Assembly: GCA_030612025.1 (NCBI GenBank)
Contig: JAUWOR010000002.1
Coordinates: 1 to 64,000 of the forward strand
DNA length: 64,000 bases
From: Dehalococcoidia bacterium
Lineage (GTDB): Bacteria; Chloroflexota; Dehalococcoidia; GIF9; AB-539-J10
Direction of reading: 5' to 3'
Shown piece after piece: positions 37,512 through 47,702 of the stretch (position 1 is its first letter; each line of letters starts with the position of its first letter). The notes beneath the pieces are model-generated. The model had not been told where the DNA came from, searched no databases, and saw only the letters and a program-made list of their open reading frames with translations. A program made the position numbers and the translations under genes.

Positions 37512-39638
37512 ATGTATCCAGCGGGCATTAGTGCCTTTAGAAATTACGACAGCGCTGCTGCTAAAGAAGCTTCCTCGGACCACACCTTTATGCCACCTTG
37601 CCAGGCTGCTTGTCCCTTGCATATGGAGATTAGAGAATACGTTGATTTGATTGCCCAAGGGCGGGTGATGGAGGCATTACAGGTCATAAGGGAAAGCAAT
37701 CCCTTCCCCTCCATCTGTGCTTATGTGTGCACCCACCCTTGTGAAGAGGTTTGCCGACGTGGCCAGGTAGACAAGCCCATTGCTATCAGGGCACTGAAAA
37801 GATTCGCAGTAGAATTTGGCGGCGATAGAATGATCCAGCTTGAAGCTGAGACGACGCACGAGGAGAAGGTAGCCATAGTGGGATCTGGCCCGGCAGGATT
37901 GTCTGCTGCTTACTACCTAAGGAAGCTAGGCTATCCCGTAACTATTTTTGAGGCCTGCTCTGAATTGGGAGGCATGCTGCGAGTGGGTATTCCCAAATAT
38001 CGCCTTCCCCGAGAGATACTCGATACCGAGGTTCAAAGGTTGATTCAAATGGGGATTGAAATTAGGACGAATACGCCAGTGATTTCCTTAGACCTGCTGT
38101 TCAAGATGGGTTATAAAGCCATCTTTGTCACCGTGGGTGCTCATCAAGGCCTTAGGCTGGGAATAGAAGGAGAGGAAAACCCAGGAGTGGTGGATGGAGC
38201 AACTTTCCTCCGCGAGGTGAACCTAGGACTTAAACCATCTATCGGCGAAAGGGTTGCTATAGTAGGAGGCGGCAATGTAGCTGTTGATGCTGCTCGCACG
38301 GCACTTCGATTGGGCGCAAGGGAGGTAAAAATCCTCTACCGCCGCAGTCGAGAAGAAATGCCAGCGGACCCCTCGGAAGTAGCGCAAGCAATAGAGGAAA
38401 AAGTGGAGGTTCTATTCTTAATGACACCAACTAAGATAGAAAGAGAGGATGGACAGTTAGGACTAACTTGCATGCGCATGAAGCTTGGCGAGCCGGATGT
38501 TAGCGGCAGACGTCGGCCAGTGCCCATCCAAGGCAGTGAGTTCAGCATAAAAGTTGACACCTTAATTACTGCTATTGGCCAGGCACCACAAATCCCCGAT
38601 AATTTCCGTCTCCGCATAGGCAGAGGCAGCACTATTCGAGTCGATCCCGTCACTCTCACCACCAATCGGGAAGGTGTTTTCGCTGGAGGCGATGCCGTCA
38701 CTGGACCAGCAACCGTAGTCCAAGCGTTGGCAACTGGGAGACAATCAGCTTTCCGCATTAACGAATATCTCCAGCACAGATATCCATTAGTGAGCAAAGA
38801 CGAAGGGGAAACCTTGACAGGTGACCTCCTCCCCAAAACCATCGAGATGATAAGAAAGCTCAAGCGCTTTGAGCCACCTATCCTTTCTCCCCAAGAAAGG
38901 GCAAAAGAGTTCGAGCCAGTAGAACTTGTTTATGACTGGGAAAGCGCTATCAATGAAGCTAGAAGATGCCTGCGCTGCGGTATGGGCGCTGAGATCTTGT
39001 TTCAAGATAAATGTGCTACCTGTCTCACCTGTTTACGGATTTGTCCTTATCATGTGCCCTACTTGGATGACAGCGGCACAGTCCAAATACCTGCTGACCA
39101 GTGCCAAGCCTGCGGCATATGTGTTGCCGAATGTCCTGCTAAGGCTATAGTTTTGCGCAAGCCACAGGATCGCCGACATATAGATGAGGAGCTTAACCAT
39201 GCCCTTAAATCTGCGGCACAATCGAAGTCAAAGCCCTTGATTTTCGGCTTCTGCTGCCAATACGGGCTTTACGGCACTGGCGCTCTGGCGAGTTTGTGGA
39301 GGGAGGCCAAAGCGGGCATTTGGATAGTGCCTGTCCTATGTGTAGCCAAAATAGAAACTGAGCACATTCTGCGTGCCTTTGAAATGGGTGCTGAGGGTGT
39401 TTTTATCGCCGGATGCGGGCAAGAGCAGTGCGCCAGGGAGGATACTGCCTTCTGGGCTCTACAGCGGATTGAAAAGGCCAGAAGGATACTTCGTCAAATT
39501 GGCTTTGAATCGCAACGCTTGCAAGCTTTCAACCTGCATGCCAATGAAGAGAATCTTGCCAATGCCTTAGATGAATTCACTGAACAAATAGGAGAGCTCT
39601 ACCTAGCTTCAGCAATAAGACAGGAGGTGAAAACTTGA
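37512..39638 (+). CDS. GltD/NfnB-like flavoprotein fused to 2x[4Fe-4S] and a C-terminal MvhD/FlpD domain
   Basis: PPCQAACP..ICAYVCTHPCE..C, GSGPAG, GGGNVA..YRRS, FAGGD, EARRCLRC, two ferredoxin motifs, FCCQY..LCVAKI..GCGQEQC. Confidence 0.85.
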   Translation: MYPAGISAFRNYDSAAAKEASSDHTFMPPCQAACPLHMEIREYVDLIAQGRVMEALQVIRESNPFPSICAYVCTHPCEEVCRRGQVDKPIAIRALKRFAVEFGGDRMIQLEAETTHEEKVAIVGSGPAGLSAAYYLRKLGYPVTIFEACSELGGMLRVGIPKYRLPREILDTEVQRLIQMGIEIRTNTPVISLDLLFKMGYKAIFVTVGAHQGLRLGIEGEENPGVVDGATFLREVNLGLKPSIGERVAIVGGGNVAVDAARTALRLGAREVKILYRRSREEMPADPSEVAQAIEEKVEVLFLMTPTKIEREDGQLGLTCMRMKLGEPDVSGRRRPVPIQGSEFSIKVDTLITAIGQAPQIPDNFRLRIGRGSTIRVDPVTLTTNREGVFAGGDAVTGPATVVQALATGRQSAFRINEYLQHRYPLVSKDEGETLTGDLLPKTIEMIRKLKRFEPPILSPQERAKEFEPVELVYDWESAINEARRCLRCGMGAEILFQDKCATCLTCLRICPYHVPYLDDSGTVQIPADQCQACGICVAECPAKAIVLRKPQDRRHIDEELNHALKSAAQSKSKPLIFGFCCQYGLYGTGALASLWREAKAGIWIVPVLCVAKIETEHILRAFEMGAEGVFIAGCGQEQCAREDTAFWALQRIEKARRILRQIGFESQRLQAFNLHANEENLANALDEFTEQIGELYLASAIRQEVKT

Positions 39639-40318
39639 TAGTCGCAGAGCAAAAGCCATTGGATGAAATAAGACGTATGATTGCCCCTTACGAGAAGATA
39701 TTAATACTTGGCTGTGGCACTTGTATGACGGTGTGTAATGCTGGTGGCGAGAAAGAGGTCTCTGTGCTCCATAGTGCATTGAGGGTGGCTCAGGCTAGAG
39801 ATGGTGATGAAACTCACAGTTTCCTGGAATATACAGTGAAACGGCAGTGCGAATTTGAATTCTTAGACATGCTCGTAGACAAAGTCAAGGAAATGGATGC
39901 CATTCTTTCGTTAGGCTGTGGGGTTGGGGTACAGGTGCTAGCCGAGCGCTTCTCAGATACACCCATTTTGCCCGGCGTAAACACGTCTTTTATGGGTGCG
40001 TCTAAGGAGTGGGGTGTTTGGGATGAGCGATGTGCTGCCTGCGGTGATTGCAGACTGGCCGAGACTGCTGGCATCTGCCCCATTACTAGATGCGCCAAGG
40101 GCATACTTAATGGTCCCTGTGCTGGTAGCAAGAACGGTAAATGCGAGGTGAATAAGGATACGGACTGCGCCTGGATACTGATTTATGAGCGCCTGGAGAG
40201 ACTAGGGCAACTGGAGAAAATGCGCCGATATTATCCCCCCAGGAACTTTCGCACCATCCCCAGGCCAAGGAGGCTCGTGAGCAAAGCTGATATTGATCTC
40301 GGAGGGAACGATGGCTAA
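39635..40318 (+). CDS. metV: MetV subunit of methylene-THF reductase
   Basis: MIVAEQKP, GCGTC..VC..GG, CAACGDC....GICPITRCAKGILNGPC, CAW. Confidence 0.9.
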   Translation: MIVAEQKPLDEIRRMIAPYEKILILGCGTCMTVCNAGGEKEVSVLHSALRVAQARDGDETHSFLEYTVKRQCEFEFLDMLVDKVKEMDAILSLGCGVGVQVLAERFSDTPILPGVNTSFMGASKEWGVWDERCAACGDCRLAETAGICPITRCAKGILNGPCAGSKNGKCEVNKDTDCAWILIYERLERLGQLEKMRRYYPPRNFRTIPRPRRLVSKADIDLGGNDG

Positions 40319-41210
40319 ATCGCTGTTTGAGGAGAAACTCAATTCCGGCAAGTTTTTGGTCACCACGGAGATCGGACCTCCCAAAGGAGCAGATACCTCA
40401 GAGATAGTTCACCATATAGAGCTACTTAAGGATAAGGTTGATGCTATTAATGTCACCGACCATCAAAGTTCTGTGATGAGGTTTCCCTCTTTGGGTGGTT
40501 GTCTATTAATCAAGGAACACGGCGGAGAGCCTATTCTCCAGATGACCACCCGTGACCGCAATCGCCTGGCGCTTCAAGCAGACCTACTTTTGGCATATTC
40601 TCGGGGCATCAGGAATGTGCTTTGCCTCACCGGCGATGCTATTGAAGTTGGGGATCATAAGGAAGCAAAACCAGTATTTGACCTGGATTCCGTGCAATTA
40701 ATAAGAATGGTCAGGACAATGGAATCAGGGAAGGATCTGGCTGGGCATGATCTTAAGGGCGCCCCAGAATTTTGCCTTGGCGCTTCGGTTCATCCGGCGG
40801 CAGATTTCATTGAGCCACAACTTATCAAATTTGACAAAAAAGTGGCTGCCGGGACGCAATTCTTCCAGACCCAGGGTATATATGACTTGGATTGTCTCCG
40901 CAGATTTATGCAGTATGCCCGCCAGTTCAACGTCAAAATTCTGGCAGGCATTATAGTCCTGGCTTCAGCAAGAATGGCTCGGTATATGAACGATAATGTT
41001 CCTGGGATAATGGTCCCCAATGCCACAATTGACGAACTAGCCAGTGTGGAGAAAGGCAAGGGACTTCAGAAGGGCATTGAAATTGCTGTGCAGTTGATAA
41101 AGACGATAAAGGAGGAAAACCTGTGCCATGGGGTTCATATTATGGCAGTAGGGAGGGAAAGCATCGTGCCTGATATCTTAGAGGCAGTAGGGGTCGGTGT
41201 GCCCGCTTAG
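40311..41210 (+). CDS. metF: Methylenetetrahydrofolate reductase
   Basis: EIGPPKG, INVTD, TTRDRNRLALQ, LCLTGD, FFQTQ, GVHIM; start reassigned to ATG 40311. Confidence 0.93.
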   Translation: MAKSLFEEKLNSGKFLVTTEIGPPKGADTSEIVHHIELLKDKVDAINVTDHQSSVMRFPSLGGCLLIKEHGGEPILQMTTRDRNRLALQADLLLAYSRGIRNVLCLTGDAIEVGDHKEAKPVFDLDSVQLIRMVRTMESGKDLAGHDLKGAPEFCLGASVHPAADFIEPQLIKFDKKVAAGTQFFQTQGIYDLDCLRRFMQYARQFNVKILAGIIVLASARMARYMNDNVPGIMVPNATIDELASVEKGKGLQKGIEIAVQLIKTIKEENLCHGVHIMAVGRESIVPDILEAVGVGVPA

Positions 41211-41284
41211 GTTTTACTAAAGATAGCCCGCGGGTCGAGCGAGCTAATAAAATCTAATAAAGGAGAGCAAGGAGGGGAGACAAA

Positions 41285-42082
41285 ATGGGAAATAACAAAA
41301 AAATCTTAATCGTAGATGATGAGCCTGAATTTCTATTAGCTTTGCAGAGGACTCTAGAAGCCAAATCCTATGAGGTGACTACTGCCAGCAACAAAACAGA
41401 GGCGCAGGAAAAAATCAGGATGAGAGAGCCCGATGTTATTATTCTGGGCACGATGACTCCCCGTGGAGAGGCATTCTCGCTACACAAATGGCTGAAACAA
41501 AATCCCCGAACTAAGGACTCGCCCATTGTGATCATTGATGCTCCACTTGAAAAACGTCTTGTTAGTGGGTGGAGCATGGATGAGGGAGTGCAAATGGAGG
41601 CTGAGGACTATCTAACCAAGCCAATTGAGCCAGCGTCACTTGTGCCTCTAATCCAAGCGCTGCTGGAGAGGGCGATCAAGCGGATAAAAGTGCTCATAGT
41701 AGATGACCACACTGTAATCCGGGATGGCATTCGTGCTGTGCTCGCGCTGCAAAAAGACATTGCGGTAGTAGGTGAGGCCATGGATGGAAAAGACGCAGTG
41801 GGGAAGACTCTCCAGCTTTTGCCTGACGTAGTAGTAATGGACATAGTCATGCCGGTAATGAATGGGCTGGAGGCTACTAAGCGGATATGCAAGGAACGCC
41901 CTCAGACTAAGGTTTTGATGCTAACACAGTATGATGACGAAGAGAATATCCTTATGGCCGAGCAGGTAGGAGCCTATGGATTTATCCCCAAGAGGGCTGC
42001 TAGTTCCCAGCTTCTAACTGGCATAAGATCTGTGTACCAGGGAGAACGACTTCAAAGGCCCACTGCAGCAATTTCTAGCTGA
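41285..42082 (+). CDS. Tandem receiver-domain protein without output domain
   Basis: REC1 (IVDDE...IILGTM...YLTKP) and REC2 (IVDDH...VMDIVMP...FIPK); ends before any HTH. Confidence 0.85.
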   Translation: MGNNKKILIVDDEPEFLLALQRTLEAKSYEVTTASNKTEAQEKIRMREPDVIILGTMTPRGEAFSLHKWLKQNPRTKDSPIVIIDAPLEKRLVSGWSMDEGVQMEAEDYLTKPIEPASLVPLIQALLERAIKRIKVLIVDDHTVIRDGIRAVLALQKDIAVVGEAMDGKDAVGKTLQLLPDVVVMDIVMPVMNGLEATKRICKERPQTKVLMLTQYDDEENILMAEQVGAYGFIPKRAASSQLLTGIRSVYQGERLQRPTAAISS

Positions 42083-42175
42083 AAGTCAATGGTAGCATAG
42101 TGCCAAGCTCCTACTTAACAAAATGCAGCTCGGGCCCTTTATAACACGTGTAGCTGTTTTTGAGATTGTTTAATG

Positions 42176-42256
42176 GTCACCCTGAGCGTTAGCGAAGGGT
42201 CTCTAGATTCTTCGCTAACCCTTCGCTTTGCTCAGGGCTTCGGTTCAGAATGACAG
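42176..42256. repeat. GTCAYCCTGAGC...AGAATGACA palindromic repeat
   Basis: Same family as 2231; internal cttcgctttgctcagggcttcgg matches 47570. Confidence 0.8.
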
Positions 42257-42322
42257 GTGAATCGCCAAATAAGCTGTTTTTCTCTTGAATTACTTAGCAT
42301 TACAAGCTACTATATCTAAAAT

Positions 42323-43648
42323 TTGAATACAAACAAAGTACCCAAACTATCCCTCTTCCCCTTAACCACCGAAATAAATAATCAAGGTCATCTTTGCGTC
42401 GGTGGCTGTGATGTCGTTGCGCTAGCTAAGGAGTACGGCACGCCACTGTATATTTTCGATGAGTTCACCCTTCACCACAAGTGCCGTGAATTTAAGGCTG
42501 AGTTCACCAAGCGCTATCCTGATACCTTGGTCATTTACGCCTCGAAAGCTTTCCTAAATAAGGCATTGGCTCTTATTTTCAAAGAGGAAGATTTAGGACT
42601 CGACGTTGTCTCCGGTGGAGAGCTCAGCATTGCTCGCTCGGCAAATTTCCCCTTAGATAAAGTTTACTTCCATGGCAACAACAAGACGCCAGAAGAACTG
42701 GAGCTGGCTCTAAATTGGGGCATCGGTCGGGTTGTGGTAGATAACTTCTATGAGCTTGAACTACTTAGCAGACTAGCTAAAGGAAAAGGGATTATTCAGG
42801 ATATTTTGCTTCGCCTTACCCCTGGAGTTGACTCTCATACTCATGAATATACTACTACAGGAACGCTAGATAGCAAATTCGGCTTCCCATTGGCTACAGG
42901 ACAAGCTGAAGAGGCGGGAAAACGAGCTCTATCAGCTTCTAACCTTAATCTTTTGGGTTTTCATTTTCACCTCGGCTCGCCTATATTTGAAACAAAGCCT
43001 TATGAGTTGGCTATAGAGCTTGTTCTTCGCTTTGCCCATGAAATCAAAGGAGAATTTAGCTTCCAACTCAGTGAATTTAGCATTGGCGGCGGCTTTGCTG
43101 TTCAATACACCTTAGACTCTAAAGTGCCCGCTATAGCTGATTATGCACAGGCCATAACCAGCAAGCTAAACAGCCTTACCTCACTTCTAGAATTAGGCCC
43201 TCCACGACTCATTATTGAGCCAGGAAGGGCAATAGTGGGGCAAGCCGGGGTAGCAGTATATGCTGTAGGAACAATTAAAGAGGTACCCAGAGTAAGAAAA
43301 TATGTCTGCGTTGATGGTGGCATAAGTGATAATATTCGCCCGGCTCTTTACGGAGCCAAATATGAAGCCCTCATAGCTAGTAAAGCTTTAGGGGCGGAAG
43401 AGGGCCCAGTCACAATTGCCGGTAAGCTCTGCGAATCAGGAGATATTCTGATAAGAGACACCAATTTGGCTTCAGTTTCCCCCGGTGATATTATTGCCAT
43501 ACCAGTTTGCGGCGCTTACTCCATCCCCATGTGGAGCAATTACAATGCCCTACCCAGACCAGCTATAGTCATGGTGGATCAAGGCGAAGCACATCTCATT
43601 CGGCGCCGAGAAAGTTATCAAGATTTGATGAGCTTAGACACAATATGA
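42323..43648 (+). CDS. lysA: Diaminopimelate decarboxylase
   Basis: YASKAF, DVVSGGE, HGNNK, SKFG, HLGS, EPGR, CESGD, GAY; candidate promoter TTGAAT-17-TACTAT at 42285-42313. Confidence 0.96.
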   Translation: MNTNKVPKLSLFPLTTEINNQGHLCVGGCDVVALAKEYGTPLYIFDEFTLHHKCREFKAEFTKRYPDTLVIYASKAFLNKALALIFKEEDLGLDVVSGGELSIARSANFPLDKVYFHGNNKTPEELELALNWGIGRVVVDNFYELELLSRLAKGKGIIQDILLRLTPGVDSHTHEYTTTGTLDSKFGFPLATGQAEEAGKRALSASNLNLLGFHFHLGSPIFETKPYELAIELVLRFAHEIKGEFSFQLSEFSIGGGFAVQYTLDSKVPAIADYAQAITSKLNSLTSLLELGPPRLIIEPGRAIVGQAGVAVYAVGTIKEVPRVRKYVCVDGGISDNIRPALYGAKYEALIASKALGAEEGPVTIAGKLCESGDILIRDTNLASVSPGDIIAIPVCGAYSIPMWSNYNALPRPAIVMVDQGEAHLIRRRESYQDLMSLDTI

Positions 43649-43649
43649 T

Positions 43650-43830
43650 AAATTCTAAGCACGAAATCTTAAATGCTAAACAATATCAAAGCACTAATAA
43701 CAAATGTTCAAAACAAAATGGGTTTCCTTATTTGAATTTTGAATTTAGAATTTGTTTAGGATTTAGATATTAGAATTTAGGATTTTACAATTGTATTTGT
43801 TTAGAATTTGGAGCTTTGATATTAGAATTT
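43650..43830 (+). repeat. Heptamer-periodic hairpin element
   Basis: aaattctaagcacgaaatc... / ...tttagaatttgtttaggatttagatattagaatttaggatttt. Confidence 0.8.
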
Positions 43831-43838
43831 TATATTAG

Positions 43839-44834
43839 ATGTGGCAGGTAATAGGACAAGATAAAATTTTGGCTTTGTTGGGTCACTGCCTTAAGGAAGA
43901 TAACGTAGCTCATGCCTACCTTTTGGTGGGACCACGCCATGTGGGCAAAAGAACCCTGGCCCTTAATTTAGCTCAAGCTCTCAATTGTGATCATCCCGAG
44001 CCACCTTGTGGCCAATGTCATTCCTGTCATCGAATCTTCGAAGGTAAGCATGCCGACGTTACTTCCCTAGGCCTTGACTCCAAAGTGGAGATTGGCATCG
44101 ATGACATTCGGCAGCTTCAGAGGTTAGCTAATTTGCCACCATATGAAGGTAAGTGCAAAGTATTTATCATTGATGAGGCTGAATATCTATCCACTGAGGC
44201 GGCTAATTCCTTACTCAAGATATTGGAAGAGCCACCACCTAAAGTAGTCTGGCTTTTGTTAGCTGCTGAGGAAAGGCGCCTCTTGCCCACGATTATTTCT
44301 CGCTGTCAACGGCTGGAATTGAAGCCCATGCCCTCAGAGCAAATACAACAAATACTTACCGCTTCCTATAATGTTGACCTTGCTAAAGCAAAGCTTCTGG
44401 CTCGCTTGTGCCACGGCTGCCTTGGCTGGGCATTATCTGCCCTAGCAGACGATGACTTGCTCCACCAGCGGTCGCAAAAAATTGATAACTTAGCCTCCTT
44501 ACTAACTGCTAGCTTGGGGCAGCGCTTCGCTTATGCTCAGGAGTTAGCCATACAATTCAGTCAAGATCGGAGGTCTGCGATGGAAGTGATGGAGACCTGG
44601 CTCAGTTGGTGGCATGACTTGATGCTTATCAAGGGTGGCTACAAGGAGGCCATCACCAATGTAGACCATGAAGTAGTCCTAGAGAAACAAGCAAATAGGA
44701 TGAGCCTAAAAGAGATTAAAGACTTCACCGCTACCCTATGCTTAACAGAAGAAGAGATTTCCAGAAACGTTAATGCTCGTTTGGCATTCGAATCACTGAT
44801 GCTTAACATGCCAAAAATTGTTAGCTACCAGTGA
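43839..44834 (+). CDS. holB: DNA polymerase III delta-prime subunit
   Basis: HAYLLVGPRHVGK, C...PCGQCHSC, AANSLLKILEEPP, LPTIISRC. Confidence 0.92.
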   Translation: MWQVIGQDKILALLGHCLKEDNVAHAYLLVGPRHVGKRTLALNLAQALNCDHPEPPCGQCHSCHRIFEGKHADVTSLGLDSKVEIGIDDIRQLQRLANLPPYEGKCKVFIIDEAEYLSTEAANSLLKILEEPPPKVVWLLLAAEERRLLPTIISRCQRLELKPMPSEQIQQILTASYNVDLAKAKLLARLCHGCLGWALSALADDDLLHQRSQKIDNLASLLTASLGQRFAYAQELAIQFSQDRRSAMEVMETWLSWWHDLMLIKGGYKEAITNVDHEVVLEKQANRMSLKEIKDFTATLCLTEEEISRNVNARLAFESLMLNMPKIVSYQ

Positions 44835-44877
44835 GCCGAAGCTCCGAGTGAAGCGAGGAGGCAGCGAAACAAATCTA

Positions 44878-45678
44878 ATGGCTGAGATAATCGGAGTTCG
44901 CTTTCAACCTAGAGGCAATCTGTTCTATTGTGACGCTGGTGACATACCGCTACAAGTTGGCAACTATGTAGTGGTGGAGACCAGCCACGGTTTGGACTTG
45001 GCTAAAGTCACCATTTCTAAAGCTCAAGTTCAAGCAAGCGACCTAACCGAACCGTTAATGACAGTGATACGTCGTGCTCAATCAGAAGACTTGGAAAAGG
45101 CCCGACAGAACAAAGAAAAGGAGGTTTTAGCTAAATGCAAAGAAATGGTGACCTCACTTGGTTTAAGAATGAAGCCCCTATCAGCTCACTATAACCTTGA
45201 TGGCAGTCACCTAACTATATTCTTTAGCGCTCGTGAAAGGGTTGATTTTCGAAATTTAGTGCGAAAATTGAGCCGCAGCTTCAAAACACGTGTGGAGTTA
45301 AGGCAAATGGGACCAAGGGATGAAGCTAAATTAGTGGGTGGTATAGGTAAGTGCGGTTATCCCTTATGCTGCCAGGGTTTTCTCACCGGCTTTACCCCTG
45401 TCTCTATTAGAATGGCTAAACAACAGAACCTAGCTTTAAATCCTGCTAAGATATCAGGCATCTGTGGGCGGCTTCTGTGCTGCCTTAGCTATGAAAGTAA
45501 ACAATATGCAACCATGAGGGAGAAAATGCCTCGGGTAGGGCAGGAAGTATCCACACCCTTTGGCAAAGCTAAGGTAGTCAGTGTGAATCCCTTGAAAGAA
45601 ACGGTAACAATCGAGCTTGATAACGTTGTTAAAGAATTGCCTCTTGATCAACTAAGTGAGAAACCAAGGCCGGACTAG
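44878..45678 (+). CDS. ricT: PSP1 domain protein (RicT/YaaT)
   Basis: RVDFRNLV, ELRQMGPRDEA, GKCGYPLCC, ISGICGRLLCCL; start reassigned to ATG 44878. Confidence 0.9.
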   Translation: MAEIIGVRFQPRGNLFYCDAGDIPLQVGNYVVVETSHGLDLAKVTISKAQVQASDLTEPLMTVIRRAQSEDLEKARQNKEKEVLAKCKEMVTSLGLRMKPLSAHYNLDGSHLTIFFSARERVDFRNLVRKLSRSFKTRVELRQMGPRDEAKLVGGIGKCGYPLCCQGFLTGFTPVSIRMAKQQNLALNPAKISGICGRLLCCLSYESKQYATMREKMPRVGQEVSTPFGKAKVVSVNPLKETVTIELDNVVKELPLDQLSEKPRPD

Positions 45679-45685
45679 AATTGCG

Positions 45686-46189
45686 CTACTGCGGCACATA
45701 TTTTCTCCACTCATCATGGCTATTGAAATAGTGATAAGGAATGTAGAAGCCATCATTACGAGGTGTGCGTGGCTGACGAAGTAATTTCATCCCAGCCTCA
45801 GCTGGTGTACGCCCACCTTTGTGACGATTGCAAACTTTGCAAGCGCTAACCACATTCTCCCAAGCATGCTCTCCACCTCGCCGCCGTGGGATAACATGGT
45901 CTAAGGTGAGTTCCTTTATCTGTCGACCACAATATTGACAGGTATATTGATCACGATTAAACACCTCGAGTTTAGTCAACTTTCTTTGACGACGAGGGCA
46001 TTTAACCATATAAACGAGGCGGATTACTGAAGGTATGGGGAAAACCTGTGTAACAGAATGAAGCTCTCCTCGGCTGTTTTCTAACACCTCGGCTTTACCG
46101 CAAAAGACTAAGACTACAGCCCGACGTACGCGACACAAATTGAGCGGCTCATAGCTTTGATTAAGAACTAAAACCGGGAAATTTATCAT
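45686..46189 (-). CDS. HNH endonuclease family protein
   Basis: VLVLNQSYEPL, RDQYTCQYCG, LTLDHVIP, WENVVSAC..CN; own promoter TTGCAA-17-TAAAAT at 46248-46220. Confidence 0.9.
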   Translation of the reverse strand: MINFPVLVLNQSYEPLNLCRVRRAVVLVFCGKAEVLENSRGELHSVTQVFPIPSVIRLVYMVKCPRRQRKLTKLEVFNRDQYTCQYCGRQIKELTLDHVIPRRRGGEHAWENVVSACKVCNRHKGGRTPAEAGMKLLRQPRTPRNDGFYIPYHYFNSHDEWRKYVPQ

Positions 46190-46259
46190 AACTGAACTCT
46201 CTGCACTAGCTATTGGCTTATTTTAGCAGTCATGTTTCCCAATTGCAATAACGTGACAC

Positions 46260-47702
46260 TCAGAGATGATGCCTCCTAGTGATACGTGGCTCAGGACGCT
46301 TAGCCATCTGGCTAGGTCTTACATCACTACGATAATCGGGAGCAATGATGTTAAATACCAGGCTCAGCCTTGCATCCGCCATTCGTGAACTGATTCGTGG
46401 CTCAATCTCGTCCAGGGAAAAGCAACTGGTAATCATGGTTGGCAACCTAGCATTATAGCGATAGTTAATTAACTGATACAGCTTCTCTTGAGCCCAAGGC
46501 GTAATTGACTGCTCACCAAAATCATCGAGTATCAGCAATGGGCATTGTTTAATCCCCTCGAAAAACTCATCGTAAGATATGTTGCTCTGGGGATTGAATG
46601 TGGAGCGCAAATGGTCAAGGAGGTCAGGAACGACCACAAAGAAAACTGCTTTGCCTTGCGTCAGGCGATAATTAGCAATAGCTGCTGCCAGATGGGTCTT
46701 GCCACAACCATTAACACCGTGAAATATTAACCAACCTTCTGGATTAGGAGCAAAATCCCTCGCTAGGTGGAAAGCTTGTTGTAAATTTTGACGCTGCTCC
46801 AAGGGGAGATTTAGTCGCTTATAGTCAAAATTATCGAAAGTCATACTTCGCAGTAGCTCCAATTGTAAGCTATCTAAGCACGCCAAAGATGACTTCTGTC
46901 CCACTATACACACTTGGCAAAATTCACTATCCCTTAGCCTACCACCTAAGCGTTCATCAAACTTCTCTAATGGCAGATCCGTAGTAATCACGGTTGCTAA
47001 CCTAGCATTGAACCTATGGTTAAGAAGTTGCTCTAGTTTTTCCTTTGCCCAGAGTGTGGTACCTTCCATACTCAAGTCATCAAGCACCAGCAAGGGGGTA
47101 TTCTTCACCTGCTCAAATAACGCATCATAGGTTATATCGCTTGTGGGGCTAAAAGCAGACCGAAGATGGTCCAGAAGATCAGCAACTCCAATATAAAAGG
47201 ACGGCTGCCCCAAGTTTAGACGGTGATTAGCAATAGCACAAGCTAGATGGGTTTTGCCACAGCCAGCAGGACCGAAGAAAACCAGCCAGCCTTTGGGATT
47301 ATCAGCAAAAACCCTGGCCATTTGGTAAACACGAGCAAAATGCTCTTGTGAAATAGCATCATCTCTCTTCCCTTTTGGAGATAAATTATCAAAGGTAAGC
47401 CGTGACAGGAAACCAAGATTGCTATATTTCTGGAGATATTGGAACTTCTCCCTCTGCAGTTCCTCCCTTTTGCACTGGCAAGGCACTACCCGACTGAAAT
47501 CAGGCCGCCCTGAATCCAAGAGAGGATGAACAAACCCAGCTCCCTTACAGATAGGGCAGGTCTCTTCCCCTTCACTTTGTTCAGGGCTTCGGCTCACTCG
47601 CGCAGAATGACAAGCAAGGTTATCTTTTGACCAAGTGTCCGTACTTGCCCCTGATGTATTTGTCGGGGTCAACTTTTTTAGTACTTTGTCTATACTTTCC
47701 AC
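46260..47702 (-). CDS. DnaC/IstB-like helicase loader with two tandem AAA+ domains
   Basis: CPICKG..PCQC Zn site; two Walker A (GPAGCGKTHL, GVNGCGKTHL) and two Walker B (LVLDD, LILDD); downstream of dnaB-dnaD. Confidence 0.85.
   Translation of the reverse strand: MESIDKVLKKLTPTNTSGASTDTWSKDNLACHSARVSRSPEQSEGEETCPICKGAGFVHPLLDSGRPDFSRVVPCQCKREELQREKFQYLQKYSNLGFLSRLTFDNLSPKGKRDDAISQEHFARVYQMARVFADNPKGWLVFFGPAGCGKTHLACAIANHRLNLGQPSFYIGVADLLDHLRSAFSPTSDITYDALFEQVKNTPLLVLDDLSMEGTTLWAKEKLEQLLNHRFNARLATVITTDLPLEKFDERLGGRLRDSEFCQVCIVGQKSSLACLDSLQLELLRSMTFDNFDYKRLNLPLEQRQNLQQAFHLARDFAPNPEGWLIFHGVNGCGKTHLAAAIANYRLTQGKAVFFVVVPDLLDHLRSTFNPQSNISYDEFFEGIKQCPLLILDDFGEQSITPWAQEKLYQLINYRYNARLPTMITSCFSLDEIEPRISSRMADARLSLVFNIIAPDYRSDVRPSQMAKRPEPRITRRHHL

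Noticed and set aside
39230-39638. Selenocysteine in the MvhD domain
   Set aside because: Frame is open with Cys codons; no in-frame TGA
46260-47702. IS21 IstB transposition helper
   Set aside because: No IstA or terminal repeats; sits in the dnaB-dnaD operon, consistent with a helicase loader
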